Source: Vairimorpha necatrix
Lineage: Eukaryota
NCBI GenBank assembly: GCA_036630325.1
Contig: CP142733.1
Location: 124,001-188,000, forward strand
DNA: 64,000 nt
Direction of reading: 5' to 3'
Positions within the stretch are counted from its first letter, which is position 1. The number at the start of each line of letters is the position of its first letter. Under the pieces are notes generated by a model, which was not told the DNA's origin, ran no database searches, and saw nothing but the letters and a program-made list of their open reading frames with translations. Positions 13,050 to 24,410 of this stretch are shown here, in pieces. The position numbers were made by a program, and so were the translations under genes.

Positions 13050-15020
13050 TTATTCATTAATATACTGTTTTATATCTTCATAAGTGTCACTCGTCCGCTC
13101 AAATATCTCATAACAAGTATCTTCAAATATCCTCTTTGTATATTTATCAACCACACATTCTTTAACTTTACTCCTCAAATATTTCAATCCCGATCTCGTG
13201 TCTTCTTTATACATCTCAAGAAACTTGTGTTTCCTCACTGTCATTATAGCGCATCTTCTTGCGTCTTCATAACTCATTTTCGTCAAGTCTAAAGTCCAGA
13301 AGTCGTTCTGCCTTTCGTCGACTACATTGCCGCCAAAAAGGTAGAATTTGTCAACCCAGAAAATAAATTGGTGCGCCGTCCTGGGCATAGGCCCCTTGAA
13401 GTCTATTTCTACTTCATTCCATGTTTTATAAATGAGACTGTATGAGTATAATTTAGATATGTCGAGTCTGCTTTCTTTATCTTTACCGTATGTAAATAAT
13501 ACGATAATATCATTGTTATACAAAATGCTTCTTTGTAAAACTCGCCCGTCTGTGTTTATTGGAAATGGAATTGATTCGTAGACAGTCCATGTGTCGAGAG
13601 AATATAAACTTATAGATTTGAAATATTCTTTACCCCTTTGGCCTCCTATAATGGCAAGGGTATTGGGGTACTCATACGTGTCAATGTGCAAAGTGACATG
13701 GCCCAGTCTCCCTTTAATTGTGGGAGACGCATTAGACTGCTTCTTTGAGTCTAGTAACTTAGTCCACTGGGCTGATTTATTTTTATTATCTATTTCTACT
13801 TTATACAGTCCACCAAATTCATCATCAAAATTCGTAGTCTTCCCTCCGAACATGTAAATCTCCTTACCTGTGTGTAATAAATAGTGATCATACATATTTG
13901 TAGTGACGTCACCTCTACTGTCATAAAGTACCCACTTGTCATCAAATATCCATAATTCTGAATTATTACTGTCGCCATTTCTATCAGTAGTTGGGATATA
14001 TTTACCAGTAAGGAATAATCTATCCCCATCTGTGCACATTTTATGACATGATCTCTTCCCTGGAGTAGTTTCCCGAGTTATATTAATTATGACGTCATCT
14101 TTGGTACCTCCGCATAAATTTATATTATGACTCATCGGCAAATTTGTTTCCTCAAAATTGTTTATATTATCTTTATGAATACATTTCCATGTCTCATTAT
14201 AAACCCACAAATCTCCTAGTTCTCCTAATCCATCCCATCCCCCGTACAAATATATCCCTTTTCTATTACAAATCATTTGATGTCCTCCTCTAGCACAAGG
14301 CCATTCCTTCTTGTTTTTCTTTATTTCTTCCCATTTCCCCGTATATTTTGATTTATTGACGTACTCATAAAACTTTCTTATATCCATATTCTTAATATAT
14401 TCTTCTAATTCTTCATATTGTCCCTTATTAATAAATTTCTCTACTTGATTTTCTTGTCTCAATATTCTTTCCGTATATTTCTTTACTATATTCTTATACA
14501 TTTTTATATCATTTTCCATTTGTCTTTTATCAATTATATCTTGAAATTTCATATCTGTTATACCTTTAAGTTCTACGTACCAAATAGTATAATTAAAATT
14601 CATACCCCATGAAGCAAGTGGTTCTATTTTCATATATTTGCTTATTATATATTCACCATTATAATATAATAAATTATGTGTCTCGTTTATTGTGTCATTT
14701 TTCAGACCTCCGTAAAAAATTTCAATATATTTTTTATTATCAAATGATACACTAATTTTCATTTCTTTTATATTACACACATGGATCTTATTAAATTTGC
14801 CGAAAGTTATTGTTGACACGATAGATGGGTCATATTCTAAGATTAAATATTGTCTATGATCATTTGTAGTGGTAGACCATCTTAGATTTACATCTGATGG
14901 GGTGTCTAATAAAATGTTAGAAGGGGAATATGAAGAAGCATATGAAGAGTATTGATGGATTTTGTAGATTATTTTGTTCATTTTGTCTTTGTCTCTGAGA
15001 ATATTTTGGATACTTTTCAT
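13050..15020 (-). CDS. MKLN1: Muskelin-like protein (discoidin domain + kelch repeats; CTLH/GID complex)
   Basis: N-terminal YSSY...YSPSNIL...RWS...ITFGKF.KIHVCNIKE discoidin motif; kelch repeats (WPCARGGHQM...LYGGWDG, PGKRSCHKM, PRTAHQF...LFGGN). Start moved to the CCC-preceded ATG at 15020. Confidence 0.85.
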   Translation of the reverse strand: MKSIQNILRDKDKMNKIIYKIHQYSSYASSYSPSNILLDTPSDVNLRWSTTTNDHRQYLILEYDPSIVSTITFGKFNKIHVCNIKEMKISVSFDNKKYIEIFYGGLKNDTINETHNLLYYNGEYIISKYMKIEPLASWGMNFNYTIWYVELKGITDMKFQDIIDKRQMENDIKMYKNIVKKYTERILRQENQVEKFINKGQYEELEEYIKNMDIRKFYEYVNKSKYTGKWEEIKKNKKEWPCARGGHQMICNRKGIYLYGGWDGLGELGDLWVYNETWKCIHKDNINNFEETNLPMSHNINLCGGTKDDVIINITRETTPGKRSCHKMCTDGDRLFLTGKYIPTTDRNGDSNNSELWIFDDKWVLYDSRGDVTTNMYDHYLLHTGKEIYMFGGKTTNFDDEFGGLYKVEIDNKNKSAQWTKLLDSKKQSNASPTIKGRLGHVTLHIDTYEYPNTLAIIGGQRGKEYFKSISLYSLDTWTVYESIPFPINTDGRVLQRSILYNNDIIVLFTYGKDKESRLDISKLYSYSLIYKTWNEVEIDFKGPMPRTAHQFIFWVDKFYLFGGNVVDERQNDFWTLDLTKMSYEDARRCAIMTVRKHKFLEMYKEDTRSGLKYLRSKVKECVVDKYTKRIFEDTCYEIFERTSDTYEDIKQYINE

Positions 15021-15336
15021 TTTGAAAGGGGGGCATGTCTTTACATTTAAATGATAATATTTAAAGGGGCCTAACAAATAAAAAAAAATGGAGTAACATT
15101 TGAATACGTAAGCCAATAATTGCATATGTAATAAATATATGATTTATTTATAATACACAAATAATATTTGTAATTTATATTGTTTTTCATAAGGACTTAA
15201 ATGGCTTCTTGAAAATTATGCCATAATTTTCATGCTAAAAATTGTTCCCCTCAAAATTACACAATTTTGCTTTTTTTTTCTGATTGTTTATTTTGATGAT
15301 CAATTTTTCTTTCTGTTTTTTTTTCCTCCCTTAAAA

Positions 15337-16698
15337 ATGGATGACCTGACAAGAAAAGATTTTTTATCTTCGCCGAAATCTGTGAGTACAAACATGAATT
15401 ATAAAAAAAATATCATAAATAATAATAATGATAATATGAAAATAAGTATGAAAAGTAATTTCGCTGATAAGTACACTAAGAAAGATGCAGAAGTCTATGA
15501 CTTCACATATAATAAATATATAAAATCCACTAATAAAATTCAAGATCTCATAAATAAATACAATAAGCCAGTCTTAAAGCCTTCATTCCGGTCTATGAGC
15601 CCAATAGATGTTCTTTACTCGCCCAGGCCTGTGCAGAACAAAGGGCCAAGTTCCAGTACAAGAAGAGAGTCTCCTTTATCATTTTACAATACGAACAAGA
15701 TACCAGTGAGTGGACGAATTAATAATGTGAATAATGACAGGAAAACAGCAGAGCCGAGATTCTATTATGACTCTTATAATCAAGACAAACTTAGATCAAG
15801 TGTGTCTTCGACAGGGGCGCCTTCATCTGCCGGGTCTGCTTATATGAAGCCTACGCCTTACGCCAAATCTACATCTAATATGTCCCGTCCTCCGTCTAAT
15901 ATATCTTATTGTAAGCCCCAGTCTAATATGTCTTATTCTAAGCCCCAGTCTAATATGTCATGTCCTCAGTCTGCTATGTCCTGCTGTAAGCCCCAGTCTG
16001 TTTACTCTTGTGGCTCACAAAGTGACAATAATTCAGTAAAAAGTCAACAAAGTTATAACGAATTTAATAATAATTATACTCATAACAATTACACTCATGC
16101 CATGAGTGATGCATCAAGTAATATTAATAGATACTATGACTTCCCTTTATATGGCCCGAGTGTCGAGTTGACTGTGCCTCTCTCTTTTACTCTTCTGAAT
16201 TCTGTCTCTGTCTTCGACAAGGGCTCTGATTCCTCAGTCTACTACATCCAAGTCTCTTCAAATATCTCCTGGATAATTAAAAAAGATATAAAAACCATCC
16301 TTAAACTTCTCAACACTCCCGAGATATCTTCAGAGTCATTAGACAAACAAGTAAAAGACAATATGATAAATACTATCCTTAATCGTCTACCTATGAATAA
16401 AGATATACAGTACTTTATAATGACAGATATAACTAAAGATATCAAATATAAAGGGGAATATCTCCTTATAAATAAGATACCTTATATATTTAAGATAGTA
16501 GGGAAGGCACTAGTCTCTTATAATCAGAATATGAGAGTAAACAGATTATTCATACTAGAACAGTGTCAAGTAGAAAGCGGGAGAGACGAGTACTCCTTCT
16601 TCTTGAGGAATAAAGAGGAATATGTAGAACTGAGTGCCAGTTGTAGAGCGGAGAGAGACGAGTGGATGAGGTATTTAGAGACTTATATCAGAAGATAA
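15337..16698 (+). CDS. Ser-rich protein with a C-terminal PH (possibly PX-PH) domain
   Basis: C-terminal LSASCRAERDEWMRYL is a PH-type helix; internal KPQSNMS repeats. CCC-preceded ATG at 15337, divergent from muskelin. Confidence 0.65.
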   Translation: MDDLTRKDFLSSPKSVSTNMNYKKNIINNNNDNMKISMKSNFADKYTKKDAEVYDFTYNKYIKSTNKIQDLINKYNKPVLKPSFRSMSPIDVLYSPRPVQNKGPSSSTRRESPLSFYNTNKIPVSGRINNVNNDRKTAEPRFYYDSYNQDKLRSSVSSTGAPSSAGSAYMKPTPYAKSTSNMSRPPSNISYCKPQSNMSYSKPQSNMSCPQSAMSCCKPQSVYSCGSQSDNNSVKSQQSYNEFNNNYTHNNYTHAMSDASSNINRYYDFPLYGPSVELTVPLSFTLLNSVSVFDKGSDSSVYYIQVSSNISWIIKKDIKTILKLLNTPEISSESLDKQVKDNMINTILNRLPMNKDIQYFIMTDITKDIKYKGEYLLINKIPYIFKIVGKALVSYNQNMRVNRLFILEQCQVESGRDEYSFFLRNKEEYVELSASCRAERDEWMRYLETYIRR

Positions 16699-17375
16699 AA
16701 CAATAAATATAAAGACTTAATAAATATAAAATAAAATGTAAATAAAGCGCAAATGTACTTAAGACATATTGGAATTTAGATTTATAATGCATATATATAT
16801 ATACACATATATATTATATAATATATATACATTTTGCTTCATGTGGCCAAGTTTATTCCGGAGGTCGCTTGTGGGGGTTTCTTGCTTGCTCTATGTTAAA
16901 ATATGCTTTTTTCATGTTCTTAAGAGACTAGACGAAGTAGAGCAATATTAGACACAGTGTAACATAATGTTTATTGTGTTAATTTAATCTTGACAATATC
17001 ATTGTAAAAAAAAGGTACACAAGATATAGGCACTCTCTAAGTTCTTTTGCCCGTAAACGGGAGATATAATTGTAAGAACTCTATGTTACAAATGTGTCCC
17101 CGTTGCTTCTTAAATATTTTATAATAAATAAACCCATATTTTCATTCCAATAATAATGATCTGCTTACAATTAAAATATCTCTTTAATCTTGATTAAAAT
17201 ATTATTAAGCCTTTAAATACACTGCGCTTATAATTTATTTGTATACATCATATTCTATAAGACATATATTTTGGTGTAATTTATTTTTCTTTAAATTCAT
17301 GCTTGATTTTATTTTATGCTACAATAAATATAAAACCAATATTTATAAAACATAAAGTTAATTTTTTATTGATTT

Positions 17376-18230
17376 TTATTTCTTCTTAAATATCTCAATA
17401 CACATCTCATACATTTTTATAACTTCTTCTGCTTTATTGTTCATCCCTTCAAATTTGTTTATTACATTAGTAACACTACTAAATATTTCTTCTTGTTCAT
17501 ATTCTTTAACAATATTCTTTCTTATATTCTTCATAATTTCTATTATAGGCACATATTTAAATATACTCATGATTTCTATATTGTACTCAATTGTCAATAC
17601 TGTATTCTTAAAGCTTAACAATTTATATTTGATAATTGGTTCTCTCTTATCAAAAACTTTACATACTAAATCTAATATGTCTATCATCTCATTCATACAA
17701 TATTCAAGATAAATATTAGTTATTTTAGTAATCTTAAAACTTATTTTGGGTATAAAAGATTTTTTTAAATTGTATATGTAATTATTCCTGAAGCAGTGGA
17801 TTTTATGGTTTAAAACTTTGAGAAGTGCTTCATCTTCGTGGTTTAAAACATTTTTATTTGTTATTTTTGATGAAAGATCGAGTTTTAATTTTTTTTGATC
17901 AATAAAATTTTTAATTTTATTTTTACAATCATTTAGTAGTAAAATGTTCGAATTATCATTTATAAACGAAAATGTATTCATTTCTTTATGATTTTCATCT
18001 GGTTTCTTACTGCTACAAAGAGGTTTATCATATTTTTCATTTTTATTTACAAAAACATTATTAGTTAAAGTATTATTATTTTCTACACAGTGTAATTTAT
18101 TACTAATTTCATCATTATAAAAAGTTTTAACTGTGTCTGAAACATTTTCGCAATTTTTTTGAATGTTATTCTTTTTATATTCGGGGAAATTTAAGTATGA
18201 ACACTTTACAAATTCTATCATTAGAATCAT
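17376..18230 (-). CDS. Hypothetical protein, probably secreted
   Basis: 284 aa ORF, CCCC motif upstream, short MILMIEFVKCS leader. Confidence 0.7.
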   Translation of the reverse strand: MILMIEFVKCSYLNFPEYKKNNIQKNCENVSDTVKTFYNDEISNKLHCVENNNTLTNNVFVNKNEKYDKPLCSSKKPDENHKEMNTFSFINDNSNILLLNDCKNKIKNFIDQKKLKLDLSSKITNKNVLNHEDEALLKVLNHKIHCFRNNYIYNLKKSFIPKISFKITKITNIYLEYCMNEMIDILDLVCKVFDKREPIIKYKLLSFKNTVLTIEYNIEIMSIFKYVPIIEIMKNIRKNIVKEYEQEEIFSSVTNVINKFEGMNNKAEEVIKMYEMCIEIFKKK

Positions 18231-18446
18231 AATAAGGGGGGAATTACTAAGCTTTTACAAATAATTCCTAGAAATTGATAAATAACTTTAGAAAAAACTT
18301 TTACCTTGTTAAATAGCTTACAAAAGAAGATAAGTTACAGAATAAACATATTTAAAAAAAACTTTTATTCATTAAAAACAGCTTAGAATTTTTTTAAAAA
18401 TTAATATATAAATAAAAAACTACATACAATTTATAAATAACTAATT

Positions 18447-18595
18447 TGATAAATTAAAACATGACACAAATTTCTATTATAGTTATGACTCACTTGATAA
18501 ATTAAAAACAGAGTTCTAAATATAAAAATATGACACAAATTCCTAATATAGTTATGACTCATTTGATAAATTAAAAACTGAATTCTAAATATATA
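18447..18595. repeat. ~68 bp tandem duplication
   Basis: atgacacaaatt...tatagttatgactca.ttgataaattaaaaac occurs twice. Confidence 0.7.
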
Positions 18596-18629
18596 AATTA
18601 TTAAGACACATTTATTATTTTATTATTTT

Positions 18630-19688
18630 TTATATTAATTCATAGACTCTTATCATATTCTGTCCTTCTACTAACACATTCCTCCCCGAATTCGCCATAT
18701 TTAATATATCTCCATCATTTATTTTAATATACATCTTAGTCTTACTTTTATATTCATAAAACATTAATCCACTAGAATTCCCTACTAGAATATATTTATC
18801 AATAATATTCATAAACTTAACATCTTCTTCAATATCTAATTCTTTTACTTCTCTATTTAATAAATCAAATATTAATAAACTCGTCGCCTTTAGAAATATC
18901 ACATTTTCAATATTATAAATCCTCTTTATATCTTCATTAATATTCAAATTTATAATTTTTACTGTCTTATTTGTTATATCAAATATTACTAAATTATTTC
19001 TAGTACTTACAGAATAACCAATATTATTAAAAATCAATAAATTAGATTTTATTTCTTCGGGAGAATTTAATAATAAGATCAATTTGTCGCCGTTGTACAT
19101 TCTAAATGATTTATCATAACATGTAAGATATATAATATTATTTTTTACTACTATACCTATATGATTAGGCATATTTATAGTAGAAATTAGACTTCTATTA
19201 GTGACGTCATATTTTTTTAAAAAATTATTACTAAAAATATATAAGAAATCTTCATCATCTAAGAAATATCTAATATAAGGATTATCAAAAGAATATTTAA
19301 ATTTCTTAATATTATCATCGTATTCTACGAATGTATCATTTACTAATAAAAAAACAGAATTGTCAATTAAAACATGTAAAATGTTTTGAGATAAAAAAAT
19401 TATATTTCCATTTTTACAAATAGAAGAAAAATATAAATCTTTAAAATAAAATTTTTTGATTTGTGAAAAATCGAAATGTTTATGGCCTTCTACTGACCAA
19501 TCAGAGCCGAGTTTAATTAGGTTAGTTGGTTTATGAATATTTTTATAGAAATTTATTTTTCTTTTAAAATCTAAATTTGATTCAATTAATTTCTTGTTTT
19601 CTATTTTTAGTTTCTTGTTTTCTTGTAATAAAACATCATATTGTTGTTTGATTGCGTCTAAGTAGGTATTTATATCTGGTTGATACAT
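18630..19688 (-). CDS. Coiled-coil + degenerate beta-propeller protein, Tup1-like
   Basis: N-terminal YLDAIKQQY resembles Tup1_N (LLDAIRQEF); GSDW linker; beta-rich remainder with one WD-like TCYDKSFRMY. Confidence 0.45.
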   Translation of the reverse strand: MYQPDINTYLDAIKQQYDVLLQENKKLKIENKKLIESNLDFKRKINFYKNIHKPTNLIKLGSDWSVEGHKHFDFSQIKKFYFKDLYFSSICKNGNIIFLSQNILHVLIDNSVFLLVNDTFVEYDDNIKKFKYSFDNPYIRYFLDDEDFLYIFSNNFLKKYDVTNRSLISTINMPNHIGIVVKNNIIYLTCYDKSFRMYNGDKLILLLNSPEEIKSNLLIFNNIGYSVSTRNNLVIFDITNKTVKIINLNINEDIKRIYNIENVIFLKATSLLIFDLLNREVKELDIEEDVKFMNIIDKYILVGNSSGLMFYEYKSKTKMYIKINDGDILNMANSGRNVLVEGQNMIRVYELI

Positions 19689-20222
19689 AAAAGGGCAAAA
19701 AAATAAACAAAGAAAAAAAAATGAATAAAATATTTTATTAATTTTATAGATATTATAAATTATATAGATATAAGAATTTAATAATAAATATTTTATTATA
19801 CCCTTGAGTTTTGTAATACTTTGTTTATTAAATATTTATTGAGAGAAATGACAGTCAATATATGATATAGTAAAATAAATTACAAATAAAATTTATTCGC
19901 GAATGAATATTTATACATTGTTTAAAATTAAAAAGAGGTTTCAAATTTTTTGTTAATTTTGACAGGCCAGTAAATTCTGATTATTTACAAATAAATTGCC
20001 CCCAATAAAAAGCCCATAAACTTAAGATTTTACAATCATGAGATTTAAAGCTTAGACTTGCTTTTATTTTATTTATGCATATAAAAATAAAAATCTGAGC
20101 ATAAACTAAAAAACATAAAAAGTAAACTTTGCACTAGTAGCCAGAAAAATGCTTCTATAACTAAATAAGTTCCATCTTATGGATAAGAGTGTTTTATTCG
20201 GAAAATGATGTTTTATTTGAGT

Positions 20223-20636
20223 TTATTTCTTCCCGTCTATCTTTTTGTACAAATATAAACATAACTTCTGTATCTTGTCAATATCTTCACATATGTCACT
20301 CATACTCGTAAGATTAGCCCCCTCTACAACACCAGCCCCAAGATTGTAAGTAAAAACATCTTCTTTATTTATAAAATACATACCACTGTACCCATTATAT
20401 TCTACACTAGTACTAATAAACCTTCTACCCACTACCATGTGACATTTACACTTCATGACCATGTAGGCAGAGTCTCCTTCATTTATCTTCTTCTTGTCTA
20501 TTACTAAATTTGTACTAATAGAAGAATGAATAAGAAACTTGTTTTTATATTCTAAAAGGGAAAATGAATCAGTAAGCGGGAGATTACAGCCACGACAATT
20601 TACAGTGAAAGGATTTTTCATCATTTTAGCACACAT
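20223..20636 (-). CDS. Mis18-like (Yippee/Mis18 zinc-binding domain + C-terminal helix)
   Basis: CRGC..PLTDS and CKC...VG motifs followed by a C-terminal amphipathic helix. Confidence 0.7.
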   Translation of the reverse strand: MCAKMMKNPFTVNCRGCNLPLTDSFSLLEYKNKFLIHSSISTNLVIDKKKINEGDSAYMVMKCKCHMVVGRRFISTSVEYNGYSGMYFINKEDVFTYNLGAGVVEGANLTSMSDICEDIDKIQKLCLYLYKKIDGKK

Positions 20637-20829
20637 TTGAAAGGGTAAAAAAATGAAAAAATATATTAGACAGAAATTTAATATATAAAAACTTAATAGT
20701 GTATAATTAATATTTCTAATAGTATATTTGTTATATTTACATTGGATTTATATAATAAAAAATTAATTTTTATAATAAAAAATTAATTTTCAAAATTAGA
20801 TGATATTTGTGTCATATAAATAAACAATC

Positions 20830-20985
20830 AAACTATGTAGAAACTATATATAAACTATATATAAACTTATATAAACTTATATAAACTATATATTAAACTA
20901 TATAGAAATTATATAATAATTATATATAAACATTTAGAAATTATATATAAATTATATATAAACTATATATAAACTATATAGAAAT
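20830..20985. repeat. Low-complexity (aaactatatat)n array
   Basis: Degenerate 10-11 bp units. Confidence 0.6.
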
Positions 20986-21847
20986 ATATTTTAAAGAATT
21001 TTCTGACTCTTTTATTAATTCATAGTGTCAAATAAATGTTTATTTACTCTTTTTAGAATATTCTTCTTACTTATAATTCATTTCATTTATTAACTGTAAA
21101 ATGTCTTAATATTGCTATATGAACCAGGAACAGATAGGCACACGAACCCATGACACACGAAATATTAATGTTTATAAAAAACATAAAGTAAAAAAACAAC
21201 GTATGCTTTTTTACTTTAAAATTTAAACTTAAAGACTTAGCTGACTCCAGACAGAGATGTCTTTAATAATTTACTCACACAGCTTCTACATTGATCTTCT
21301 GTTAAAAATTTACCACATTTTTATAAAAACAAGTATTTTTTTACCCCTCTTTTTAAAAAAAAATCAAAATTTCTAAAACTTACATTTTTAAACTCATTTC
21401 TTGAATATAATACTAAGAATGAATTTATTAGAATAATTTGATAACTACAACCGCGTATACTATGTGATAGAAAAAAATTATGTCTTTTTATTGCAGTCTT
21501 AGTTTCAAAATTATTTGAACTACCCAAAAAAACATTCAAAAAACTAAAATATTTATAATGAATTTTAGAATTGTTTCTAAAATCAATTTTACTTTTTATA
21601 CTTAGACGGTGTTTTAAAAATCGCTATTTTCTTCTTTTAAATTTTGGTAAAGTCGCCTTTAGCAGTGATTTCTAATTTGAATGTATTCAAGGCTTGTATT
21701 TCTTAAGCTATAGATTTCTTTAAGTAAGTTAATCTGATAAAATTGAGCTAGATGAAAATGTATTAAAATGTTTACTGTTTGTCTTTAAATATAACATTCT
21801 TATAGCAGAACTTTCTTCCATATTATTAATATTTTTATACCCCTTTA

Positions 21848-23263
21848 ATGGGATTACAAGAGTTCACAGATTTCTATAAAAAATTTTTCACTGAAGATGA
21901 TTGGTCAAATTTTATAACTTCTATAAATACGAAACTGCCTTCAGCTCTGCGTGTAACAGACACAAAATTTAAAGAAAAAATTTTTAATAAATTGTCCGTT
22001 AATTTAGTATTAAAAAATCAATATTTTAAAAATGTCTTTGATACAATACACAGAGGCCAAATACTCAAAGATTTTATTATCAACCAAACTAATATAGGCA
22101 ATATACAACGACAAGAAGTAGTAAGCATGCTACCAGTACTTTTAATGGGATTAAAAAATAATTACAGTGTACTTGATATGTGCGCCGCGCCCGGGTCAAA
22201 AACCAAACAATTATTAGAAATTAGTGATTTTGTAGTAGCAAACGATTGCAATTATAAAAGGCTTAACGTGTTAGTAACAGAAACATGTAAAATACCCAGA
22301 AAAGGTTTTTTAGTCTTGAAACATGACGCTTCGTCATTGCCAGTCTTCAAAAATGATTTTGATCGCGTACTTTGCGACGTACCTTGTTCTGGAGACGGAA
22401 CAGCAAGAAAAAATCCTACTATTTTAACCAACTGGAAGTTAAATAGTGCAATAGGTTTATCAAATTTACAATATAGAATATTAAAACATTCTTTGAAGTT
22501 TATAAAAGACACAGGATTAGTAATTTACAGTACATGTTCTTTAAATCCAATAGAAAATGAATGTATTATTAATAAAATAATAAATGAAGAAGATTTGGAG
22601 ATAATAGATTTAAGAGAGAATATTGATGAAAGAATAAGTAAAGAGTTTGTGTTTAGAGATGGGATGACGGAGATAAAAGAATATGGAGTATTTAATGAAG
22701 AACTTAAGAAATGTATAAGAGTTTATCCACATGACAATAATACAGGTGGATTTTTTATAACAGGATTGAGAAAGAAACAAAATATGAATAAAGAAAGAAC
22801 TAAAAGTGAGATTGTAACCACCAGTAATAATAATAGTATTTCTGATATTAGTGAAGAATGTAGAAAGAAATTACAAGAAGAATTTGATATATCAGAAAAA
22901 ATTATAATTTACAAAAATAAAAGTAAAAATACACTGTACGAAGTAAGCGACGACATATACAAAATAATGATGAACAATAAACTTAATATAATTCACTGTG
23001 GGTACAAGATATTTGAGAAGTGTACACTGTCAGAGACAGGATACAGAATGAAAAATATACCAGAGAAAAATGATAAATTTGATATTGAATTATCGGGGAA
23101 AGAAGTTATTGAAAATAAATCAGCGAAATTTACATATCAAAAAGGAAATGTTATAGTGAAACTAAGTGATTTTGATATAAAAATAGCGGGGTTTTCACAT
23201 GGAGAAAAAGTGAACTTATATATTTCTAATAATTTACAGAAAGCTTTATTAGATTTTTATTAA
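21848..23263 (+). CDS. NCL1: tRNA (cytosine-5)-methyltransferase, Trm4/Ncl1/NSUN2 family, copy 1
   Basis: QRQEVVSMLP, VLDMCAAPGSKT, FDRVLCDVPCSGDG, YSTCSLNPIENE, RVYPHDNNTGGFF. Confidence 0.92.
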   Translation: MGLQEFTDFYKKFFTEDDWSNFITSINTKLPSALRVTDTKFKEKIFNKLSVNLVLKNQYFKNVFDTIHRGQILKDFIINQTNIGNIQRQEVVSMLPVLLMGLKNNYSVLDMCAAPGSKTKQLLEISDFVVANDCNYKRLNVLVTETCKIPRKGFLVLKHDASSLPVFKNDFDRVLCDVPCSGDGTARKNPTILTNWKLNSAIGLSNLQYRILKHSLKFIKDTGLVIYSTCSLNPIENECIINKIINEEDLEIIDLRENIDERISKEFVFRDGMTEIKEYGVFNEELKKCIRVYPHDNNTGGFFITGLRKKQNMNKERTKSEIVTTSNNNSISDISEECRKKLQEEFDISEKIIIYKNKSKNTLYEVSDDIYKIMMNNKLNIIHCGYKIFEKCTLSETGYRMKNIPEKNDKFDIELSGKEVIENKSAKFTYQKGNVIVKLSDFDIKIAGFSHGEKVNLYISNNLQKALLDFY

Positions 23264-23874
23264 ACAACATCCAGTAAAGTAAAATACCAACTTTATAAAA
23301 TCTTAATAAAAATTTTACGCTAAAATTAATATAGTAAAATATATTTTCAAAGTAAAATAAATTAATGCAGCAAGGTATTTCTATATATAAATATTTCTAT
23401 ATTATATTATTACATTATATATCTATGTTTTAATCTATATTATTAAAAAATATTGCTTAAATTGTCTTACATAAAACATGGAAACTTGTTTTTAGATTAG
23501 AAACACATGAAAAAAGCTCTATCAACAGGTCCGTGAAAACTTATTACTTTTATCATTTTTTTACTATCGATAATTAAATTATATTTTATCTCGATGACGA
23601 AATCATAATCAACAAATTTACATCGACACGTCACAATAACAAACAAACAAACTCGAAAAAAAACTACTCTTTTATTTTACCTGTCAAGTTTATATTTTTT
23701 CTGTCATTGTAATGTCAAATGCATCTTTTAATTCTCCAAATACTAATATTTATTAGATATTTTTATTATGTAAAACTTATGTTTTATTTAATAAGTTTGA
23801 ATTTGAGCGATTCTTCTCGATCAAATTAGATGGGCGTGGTTTTATTTACATGTATATTTTTTTTGATCACACAT

Positions 23875-24300
23875 TTTATGTTTTGCTTATTAAGTTTTCA
23901 TTTTGGCGGGATTTTTTCAATTAGATAAAAATTTTACATTTTATGTTATTGCTGATTAAGTTTTCAGTTTAGCGGAGTTTTTAAACAAATAAAAATTTTA
24001 CAGTCTATGTTTTTGCTTATTAAGTTTTCATTTTGGCGGGATTTTTTCAATTAGATAAAAATTTTACATTTTATGTTTTGCTTATTAAGTTTTCATTTTG
24101 GCGGACTTTTTTAAACAAGTAAAAATTTTACAGTCTAAGTTTTTGCTGATTAAGTTTTCATTTTGGAGGGATTTTTTTCAATAAAATAAATTATAAATAT
24201 TCAATACATCTTCTTATGTTTGGCGGATCTTTCGCAATCAAATAAACTCGTACTACATCTTATAATTTTAAATATTATGTTTACATTTAGGCGGGATTTT
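23875..24300. repeat. ~65 bp tandem array, 5 good and 2 degenerate units, each with a ggcgg(g)a core
   Basis: ttaagttttca recurs at 23890, 23956, 24020, 24085 and 24150. Confidence 0.85.
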
Positions 24301-24410
24301 TTTTAAAAACACATTTTCTTATATTTTTTTTTACTTTTCAATTCTTAAAATTTTTTTATTAATTTTTTTAATATAAATTTTCTCCCCAAAAAATCCCCCT
24401 CATTATAATC

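Noticed and set aside
13038-14612. Short antisense or overlapping ORFs within real genes throughout the window
   Set aside because: Shadow ORFs with no motifs or start context.
21251-21257. U6 ACAGAGA box
   Set aside because: The downstream AGC triad/ISL context is missing.
23875-24300. CRISPR array (also 29378 and 60699; gtttctact resembles a Cas12a repeat)
   Set aside because: Units lack unique spacers, there are no cas genes and the context is eukaryotic.
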